A stretch of DNA of 43,506 nucleotides from Octopus bimaculoides (lineage: Eukaryota). The notes beneath the pieces were generated by a model. The model made no database searches. It saw only the letters and a list, made by a program, of their open reading frames with translations, and was not told the DNA's origin. Below, one piece after another: positions 35,228 through 43,506 of the stretch. A program made the translations under genes and the position numbers. Location of the stretch: contig NC_068991.1 of assembly GCF_001194135.2 (NCBI RefSeq), positions 10,826,394 through 10,869,899 of the forward strand, in the 5' to 3' direction. Each line of letters opens with the position of its first letter. Position 1 is the first letter of the stretch.

Positions 35228-35302
35228 TATTTGTGACTACATACGTACATATGCATACATACATACATACATACATACATACATACATACATACATACAT
35301 TC

Positions 35303-35439
35303 ATAGGAGCAAGCGTGGCTATGTGGTAAGAAGTTTCTTTCTCAGTCACATAGTTCCGGGTTCAGTCCCAATGCGTGCCGTGCCACCTTGGGCAAGCGTG
35401 AGAGCTGATTTGGTAGACGGATACTGAAAGAAACCCGTC

Positions 35440-35472
<33 letters not shown>

Positions 35473-35570
35473 TTTATGTATATATGTATATGTGTGTGTT
35501 TGTGTGTGTGTGTGTGTTTACCCACTAACACTGCTTGACAACCGGTGTTGGTGTGTATACGTACCTGTCG
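35303..35570 (+). mobile_element. Diverged SINE family A, 5' two-thirds
   Basis: ATAGGAGCAAGCGTGGCTATGTGGTAAGAAG...GGGTTCAGTCCC...GAAAGAAACCCGTCG, then an SSR, then ...CTTGACAACCGGTGTTGG. Confidence 0.85.
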
Positions 35571-35719
35571 GCTACTATTCTTGCACAAATCACACACTGC
35601 TAAGCATGCCATCAAAAGTTCAGTGGTTGGATATTGAATAGAATTTATTATCAAAGACCTGCTAGTGATGTTGGCATTGTAGAAATCTTTAGGCTTTTAT
35701 CTTACCTACGCGATAAATT

Positions 35720-35847
<128 letters not shown>

Positions 35848-36076
35848 GTATATATATGTATATAAATACATGAATGTATGTGTATGTGTGTGTGAGTGTG
35901 TCTCTGAATTGGTTCACAAGAAGCTATAAGATGTCGCACTGGCTACTAAGGTTTTCTGTAATTGAATCAGCTGTAAGCTAACGAAAGTGATTACGCGTCA
36001 CTTGTTCTTTTCTTATTCGTTTATTAATACATATATACTTACACACACTCACGCATACATACAACCACACACACAC

Positions 36077-36111
<35 letters not shown>

Positions 36112-36324
36112 TAATAATAATAATTAATTCGTTTTATTAGCCACAAGGGCTAATATCAATTAAAAACATATAAGGACAAAGACAGGACGAAATTTCTGCT
36201 ACCAGTGGCCTAGTGTGTAAAACTTTAGTACATAGACTATATATTATTCATATAAATATCTCTTATGTGTTTAAATGTACACTGTACTTATATGAATTAT
36301 ATATATACACACCTGTGAGGGTGT

Positions 36325-36535
36325 ATGTGTCTTCCACTACCGTTTGACAACCGGTATTGGTTTGTTTAAGTTCTCGCAAACGTAGCAGTTCGGCAAATAG
36401 GAAAACGATAGAATAATTATCAGGGGTAAAAATTGAAGTAAAAAATTAAGTGCTGGGATCGATTTGTTCGACTAAATACTCCAAGGCGGTGCCCCAGTAT
36501 GGCCGCAGCCGTCCTAATTCCTTAAACGAGTAATA
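36325..36535 (+). mobile_element. Diverged SINE family A, 3' half
   Basis: TTTGACAACCGGTATTGG...GTTCGGCAAA...GGGATCGATTTGTTCGACTAA...GGCGGTGCCCCAGTATGGCCGCAG. Confidence 0.8.
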
Positions 36536-36764
36536 GAAGATGGATGATAAATCGAGGCATGTGATGAATTTTTTTTTTGCTTTCTCTCTGACATTCCGGA
36601 TTATCTCTCTGCGGAAGGTTACGAATTAAACAGAAGGTTCCTCTCAATAGTTCGTTGACCTATCAACCAGAGACACCTCGCATATTTGCAAAATGGCAAG
36701 AAAACATTGCAGCCCAAGATAGACGCAGAGACGAAAAAAAAAAAAAAGGAAAAAAAACCTCAAC

Positions 36765-37110
36765 ATAGGCGCAGGAGTGGCTGTATGGTAAGTAGCTTGC
36801 TTACCAACCACATGGTTCCGGGTTCAGTCCCACTGCGTGGCATTTTGGGCAAGTGTCTTCTACTATAGCCTCGGGCCGACCAAAGCCTTGTGAGTGGATT
36901 NNNNNNNNNNGTGTTTGTCCCCCCCAACATCGCTTGACAACCGATGCTGGTGTGTTTATGTCCCCGTCACTTAGCGGTTCGGCAAAAAAACCGATAGAAT
37001 AAGTACTAGGCTTACAAAGAATAAGTCCCTGGGTCGATTTCCTCGACTAAAGGCAGTGCTCCAGCATGGCCGCAGTCAAATGACTGAAACAAGTAAAAGA
37101 GTAAAAGAGA
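36765..37110 (+). mobile_element. SINE family A, full length (internal SSR collapsed into a 10-N gap)
   Basis: ATAGGCGCAGGAGTGGCTGTATGG...GTGAGTGGATT, then N10, then GTGTTTGTCCCCCC...GAAACAAGTAAAAGAGTAAAAGAG. Confidence 0.93.
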
Positions 37111-37440
37111 TAAGCAACTCTGAAGGATTTTCGCCAGTTTGGTCTTGCTAGCGATAGCTGAAAGAAATTAAAAGAATACACACACATGCACACACGTACG
37201 TACGCACGCATTCGTACGTCCACATACATCTGTATATAATGTCTTAATATACTTTACAGAGAGATATATATTATTCATCCAAGGTGTGTGTGTGTGTGTC
37301 ATTGAGTACAGTTGTACTCTATAATTATCGTAGGTGGGTCGTAGTTTTATAACATGCTTTTTTTCTCCTCTCAAAGCTCATTTGAATAACATATGCGTAG
37401 GAAGAGATTGATATGAAACACAAACCACTTTGTATATGAA

Positions 37441-37504
<64 letters not shown>

Positions 37505-37730
37505 GTCTATTTATCTATCTATCTATCTCTTTATCTTTGGTAAGTGCTAATGCACGAAAGCGTCGGCACTTGAATCACGCTGTTGCTTCCGCTAAATATT
37601 AATTAAAAATATATCTATATATATATGTACATGCATACATACATAAACAGACATATCTATTGAGGGCTCGTACACAGACACACGCCTTTACAATCATACA
37701 TATACATACATACGTACATACATACATACA

Positions 37731-37764
<34 letters not shown>

Positions 37765-37919
37765 CATACATACATACATACAGATGAGTATTTCATATTT
37801 GCTCGAGTACAATGCACTTCACATCGTTTTAGCTTTCGAATAAATTCCTACTTTACTAGATTAAGCGAGCTGGCCAACGACATTCCTTCCTCCTGTCCAG
37901 GAGGCTACTCCGTCGTAGA

Positions 37920-38055
37920 ATTTACCAATTTTCAGCTGATTGGAATGGGACAAAGTGAAGTGAAATAGAACAGTAACGAGCCGTCCGATCTGGGGATCGG
38001 ACCAACGATGAAGTGATCGTGGATGCAACACTCTAACCACCGGGCCACACGCATT
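37920..38055 (-). mobile_element. Diverged SINE family C fragment
   Basis: TTACCAATTTTCAGCTGATTGGAATGG...GTGAAATAG...GATCGTGGATGCAACACTCTAACCACCGGGCCACACGC parallels 41290-41438. Confidence 0.65.
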
Positions 38056-38957
38056 CACCCCCCCCCCACACCAAGCCTTTTTGCGAATTTTCTTTTAACA
38101 GCTTACGAAATAAAATCAAACTCGCTCATATTGCNNNNNNNNNNCCCCCCCCCGCCCTTTTCCTGTCCACAAGATTATTTGTTTACATTTATTTACGTGT
38201 GTTGTGTAACCGTCTAGCGGCGCTGAAAGATCAACATTGAGAACAGAAGGCTCAACCTGTCTAGTATAGGCGAATAGACCCATAAAATTTGACAATTGTT
38301 CAGTTTATGGTAGTTTCAACCGATGTTGGGGTACCAAGAAGGGAAGTTTTACATCTAACAAGTAGCACGTTTAGTTCATTATCACCGGTTTATACGTAAT
38401 GACAATGAACCATTTCTGAAATAGCGTGATGTGCATCGGAGCATGACATCCATGTCTGTTGTAATGACAGGGTATATGTGCCCTTAAGACTAAGAGAACT
38501 ACGGATCCATCACATATTTAGGGGCCGCCTCCTGAATCAACGTCCAAGCAAAACCCTATATCGTATAGGTGCCGGATGATATAGTCAAAATATCGCCATA
38601 TGTCAGCTACATCTGAGCGAAATGGATGTTGTTTATAATGTTATCTGACGACTGTCTGTAAGAATTCGGATATGGAACTTCAGCCGAGAAGTTCTTCTGC
38701 AAGGGCTGTATCGATATCGATTCTTTACTCAACGTCTGTATTATCGAGTGCGTTTTGATTGATTTTTATAAACTTCTACAAAAATAAATAAGTAAATGAG
38801 TGGAAAATTTACCGGTGAGTGTGTTAGATTATAAGGCACTAAATAAAAGAGAATGACTTTCACCAGACAGACACAACAGAATATGCTTCAACACACGAAC
38901 TCACATAAAGAATCTTGCAAACCAAATCCCAAAACGAAATATATACACACACACACG

Positions 38958-39020
<63 letters not shown>

Positions 39021-39024
<4 letters not shown>

Positions 39025-39241
39025 GGTGTTCCTAAAGTAGGTTTACAGTTATTCAACTATCTCTTTCGCTTTCATATATCAACAGATTAGATCTTAATTA
39101 TAAAAAGAAAAATATGAAACCATTATTCTATGCTAATTTGGTTAATTTTGTCAATCTCCCTCATTAGTTTGTAAGACAAACTTAAATGTAATAAAATGCT
39201 TTAAAAGAAATCTAAAATGCCTACGTGATAACAGTAAACCT
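39021..39241. mobile_element. Possible decayed mariner-type MITE with a partial TIR pair
   Basis: AGGTTTACAGTTAT (39039-39052) and ATAACAGTAAACCT (39228-39241) are inverted, matching at 13 of 14 positions. The left end GAGGGTGTTCCTAAAGTAGG resembles Tc1/mariner termini. Confidence 0.4.
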
Positions 39242-39867
39242 TCACAAATATATATATATATATATAAACTTTTTGAAAAATGAAGTAACTTTTTCAATAC
39301 GCCGAGAATTTTATAATTTTAGCCTCGCTGTGAAAAGTAAACAATATATTTACATTGTAACATTTATCTCTTCCTACACAGAAACAAAACAAAAAATATG
39401 ATATCACACGATCGACGTAGCCTGAAGTATGTATGTATGTATGTATGTATGTATGTATGTATGTATGTATGTATGTATGTATGTGTGTGTGTGCTTATGC
39501 GCATGCCTGTCTATATGGATGTACGTGCGCATGTATGCCTGTATCTAGAAATTATTCGTCTGCTAGTGACACACTTCTGTGCTATTGAGCAATTTAATGT
39601 CTATATGAGACGTTTTCTTAAGATGTAGCCTTCTTTTAGGACGTCCACATCAGATGAAATATGCAGATCACTTTTCGGTATACACACTCATGAACACACA
39701 CATACATACACACACACACGTATATATATGTGTGTGTGTGTGTGTATACATTTAAGTTTATATACACATATGTATATATGTAAAACGTATATGTTTACAT
39801 GTATGTATTTGTACGTATATGTTTACATGTATGTAAATATGTATGTGTGTGTACAGATGTTCGTGAT

Positions 39868-39898
<31 letters not shown>

Positions 39899-40072
39899 AC
39901 AGATGTGAGTGTGGCTTGTGTTTACGTTCATTATTTTTACCGATGCGTCGTGTTCCGTCCTTTACGTATATGCTTGACATAAAATAGCGGTTCGACAAAT
40001 AGATTCCGATAAAACAAGCTGACTGCGGCTAGATGAGATGATCGACTACAACCCGAAAAGGGAGTGGGGATG

Positions 40073-40205
40073 GTGGTGATAATGATGGTGGCGAAGATGA
40101 TGATGATGATGAGGATGATGATGATGATGATGAAGATGATGATGATGATGAGGATGATGATGATGATGAGGATGATGATGATGATGATGACGACGACGAC
40201 GACGA
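40073..40205. repeat. (GAT)n/(GAC)n trinucleotide repeat
   Basis: Directly visible. Confidence 0.96.
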
Positions 40206-40910
40206 TATAATGATGCTGTGTTTGACGAAGATTTCAATACTTTTGCCAACTTCGGGTCGTGTCTGTGTTATATGTGTATGTGTGTGTGTGTATGTATGTA
40301 TGTATGTATGTATGCGTATGTGTGAATAGTCGCGTTCGTCGTGTTACTCAATGTGTGTCTATGTGAATATATATATATANNNNNNNNNNNNNNNNNNNNN
40401 NNNNNNNNNNNNNNNNNNNNNNNNNNNNNNNNNNNNNNNNNNNNNNNNNNNNNNNNNNNNNNNNNNNNNNNNNNNNNNNNNNNNNNNNNNNNNNNNNNNN
40501 NNNNNNNNNNNNNNNNNNNNNNNNNNNNNNNNNNNNNNNNNNNNNNNNNNNNNNNNNNNNNNNNNNNNNNNNNNNNNNNNNNNNNNNNNNNNNNNNNNNN
40601 NNNNNNNNNNNNNNNNNNNNNNNNNNNNNNNNNNNNNNNNNNNNNNNNNNNNNNNNNNNNNNNNNNNNNNNNNNNNNNNNNNNNNNNNNNNNNNNNNNNN
40701 NNNNNNNNNNNNNNNNNNNNNNNNNNNNNNNNNNNNNNNNNNNNNNNNNNNNNNNNNNNNNNNNNNNNNNNNNNNNNNNNNNNNNNNNNNNNNNNNNNNN
40801 NNNNNNNNNNNNNNNNNNNNNNNNNNNNNNNNNNNNNNNNNNNNNNNNNNNNNNNNNGATGATGATGTCGTTGTCAATGATAAAGAGGACAGAGAAGAAC
40901 GAGAATATTC

Positions 40911-41170
40911 TGTTGATTAATTTCTGGGTCAGATTTTAACCGCGTACGACCGACCTATATCCGTAATCGGAAGTATCTCTAGCTTTGACCTTACCACCGC
41001 CCCTTTCTTTTTTGAGATATTAAGTTTTATCTTATGAATATATTACCCAAATGTGTTCACTAAAAAATATTTTCTTTCTCGGAAAAACAAAAACACAGAA
41101 AAGGCAAAAATTAAAAAAAAAAAACGCGACTGTGATTTTGGAGAGAGATATAGCTGCTATTTCTAGCACT
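40911..41170 (-). mobile_element. Old family E copy
   Basis: TTTCTGGGTCAG...CTCTAGCTTTGACC...GACTGTGATTTTGGAGAGAGATATAGCTGCTATTTCTAGC. Confidence 0.6.
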
Positions 41171-41206
41171 TGCATTGTTGGTGTTATTATGTTTGCATAG
41201 TCACTA

Positions 41207-41441
41207 AAATAAATGCGCCCTAGCCAGACTCATGGGCTCGGTCTCCCGGTTTCAATGGCATGTGTATGTTCCCCAGCCAGTCCATCGCAGCATTACTCAT
41301 TTTTGCCAGCTGAGTGGACTGGAACAATGTGAAATGAAGTGTTTTGCTCAAGAACACAACGCGTCACCCGGTCCAGGAATCGAAACCACAATCTTACGAT
41401 CATGGTGCTGACACCCTAACCACTAAGCCACGCGCCTCCAC
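41207..41441 (-). mobile_element. SINE family C with a perfect 15-bp TSD
   Basis: TSD TTTGCATAGTCACTA at 41192-41206 and 41442-41456. The minus-strand head reads GGAGGCGCGTGGCTTAGTGGTTAGGGTGTC...GGTTTCGATTCC (A/B-box-like), followed by CCAGTCCACTCAGCTGGCAAAAATGAGTA. Confidence 0.93.
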
Positions 41442-42008
41442 TTTGCATAGTCACTACCGGTACAATATTACAACACTTGAGACTGAAACAAGAATTCCAG
41501 TAGTGAACCATCTCTTCTTTTTTTCCAAACTGCTGCTTCGTATTTCAGAATCAATCACGAATATAAATATAACATAATGACTGTAGTTAGTGTGATAATA
41601 TACAATGTCCGTGAATATAATGAATCCAGGACTGTTTTATAAGACAGTAGGCTTATCTAATTTGGCGCTGGTTTAGCTATTATTTCTACCCCTTTCGAGC
41701 AACTGCGGGGTGACTTCTACTATAATTCTAATGGATTATTGTGACAGTAGGCTAGACGAACGGTGGTGGTGTATGCGGAGATGTCCTTTCTGTAAATCAT
41801 CTTTTAAGAAACGCATACTTTCTTTCTTTCTTTCTTATCCCCCCTCCGCTCCACATAAATACACACGCATTATGTGTATATATTTTTATGTGCAGGCAAA
41901 ATGTGTGCGTATACTTATATATAGGACGTATATACATACACACATATATACACATGCAAACAAATACATGTTATACCCACACATTCTCTCTCTCTCTCTC
42001 TCTCTCTT

Positions 42009-42053
<45 letters not shown>

Positions 42054-42466
42054 TGTATGTGTGGTTGTATGTATGCATCTGTATACGTATGTCTGTTGTG
42101 TAATAATTGCTTGCGTGTAATTTTCGTTTTTATCCCACGGCCTGTTATCTCAAGTTGGTTGTGTGACGTCATATAACAATAACAATCTCAAAGTCCGTTG
42201 AATGAATGAATGAATAGATTGATAGAATTAAAGAACATATGAATAAAGGAATGAGAGAACGACGAAAGGGAATGAATGAAAGGTTGAAAACAAGAAAAGA
42301 CGGCAACGTGTTTCCTTCTATACAATAATAATAATAACTTGGTTCGTCTGTCTTGATTAACGAACGATCTCTTTTGAGTTTGTGGCATTACGAGACGTCT
42401 GAAGGGCAGCTTGTTGTTCTTAAAATAAAGAAGAAAAACAAAAAGAATAGAATAATAATAATAATA

Positions 42467-42841
42467 TGTTGTTGTTGGTACTTCGTCGCTTACGACGTCG
42501 AGGGTTCCAGTTGATCCGATCAACGGAACAGCCTGCTCATGAAATTAACGTGCAAGTGGCTGAGCACTCCACAGACACGTGTACCCTTAACGTAGTTCTC
42601 GGGGATATTCAGCGTGACACAGAGTGTAACAAGGCTGACCCTTTGAATTACAGGCACAACAGAAACAGGAAGTAAGAGTGGGAGAAAGTTGTGGTGGAAG
42701 AGTACAGCAGGGTTCGCCATCATCTCCTGCCGGAGCCTCGTGGAGCTTTTAGGTGTTTTCGCTCAATAAACACTCACAATTCCCGGTCTGGGAATCGAAA
42801 CCGCGAGTCCGCTGCCCTAACCACTGGGCCATTGCGCCTCC
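42467..42841 (-). mobile_element. SINE family B, full length
   Basis: Reverse complement of 3896-4259, with a (CAA)n tail at the left. The head carries a 14-bp deletion between repeated CCGCGA motifs. Confidence 0.95.
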
Positions 42842-43436
42842 ACTTATTATAATAATTATAATAACAATAACCAATAATAACTATGATGGTGATGATGATT
42901 GTTTTTTTTTATTAGTTACAAGGATCTTAGATACAAAACAAGGACGAAACAATAATAACAAACAAAGCGAAAACAAAAAATAAAGGGTTGTGGATTTTAA
43001 ATTGGACAAACTAAGTCAACAACATGATAAAGAACAATGATAAATAATCAGTAATAGTGGTAAAGAACTTCAAATCAAAATAAAAACAGGAAACAACCCA
43101 CAGTCGTGCATAGAGGATCGGCGGGTACACCCACTCGAAACCCCAGATTAACCTTGACTCACTAAAAGCAAGCACCTTCACCTAGTTCTTACTGCTTAAT
43201 CCACAACTTGTTTTGAATAAATCTGTTTGGCTAAGCTCGTTTACTTTCGAGTGTTTTTTTTTTGCATGTGGTAGCGTAATCTGCTAAAAATAGGTGCCGA
43301 TTTCTTCCTGAAATCATATCTTTATTGTCTTGTATGAGGAAATATACATTAGAATTGTGATTCTTTAAAAGAAAAAAAACCTTCACTGACTCATGACAAG
43401 ACTGAAAAAAAGAAAAATTTAAAATTATTAGGTTGC

Positions 43437-43468
<32 letters not shown>

Positions 43469-43506
43469 CGTGTGTGTATGTGTATAGCTAGATAGATAAA
43501 TAGATA

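Overview
This is eukaryotic, AT-rich, essentially non-coding DNA from a fragmented short-read assembly. It has 17 N-gaps totalling about 5.6 kb: 898-1701, 2184-2228, 9400-9409, 9852-10635, 13889-13898, 15338-15670, 16310-16319, 16739-17351, 18277-18887, 19680-20258, 23280-24090, 27725-27734, 29965-30078, 33877-34289, 36901-36910, 38135-38144 and 40380-40857. Most gaps are flanked by microsatellites. The extreme microsatellite density and the interspersed repeats match what I recall from octopus genomes, so the source is probably Octopus (inference, not verified). The window is dominated by simple repeats and five SINE-like families, which I label A-E as working names. Several copies show target-site duplications and nested insertions, and there are two mariner-type MITEs. 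No complete gene, tRNA gene, rRNA or CRISPR array is supported, and nearly all ORFs in the track are microsatellite or N-gap artefacts. The best non-repeat signals are: a candidate 222-bp symmetric coding exon (minus strand, 2550-2771); a 32-bp palindrome placing a perfect CArG box between two inverted CCAAT boxes (7650-7681); a head-to-tail array of five decayed family-E copies (32.1-33.7 kb); a cryptic ~190-bp minisatellite (26.5-28.7 kb); and a 229-bp mariner MITE that retains the transposase C-terminus. I found no convincing evidence of a new multi-gene system. All alignments were done by eye, and boundaries of decayed copies are approximate.
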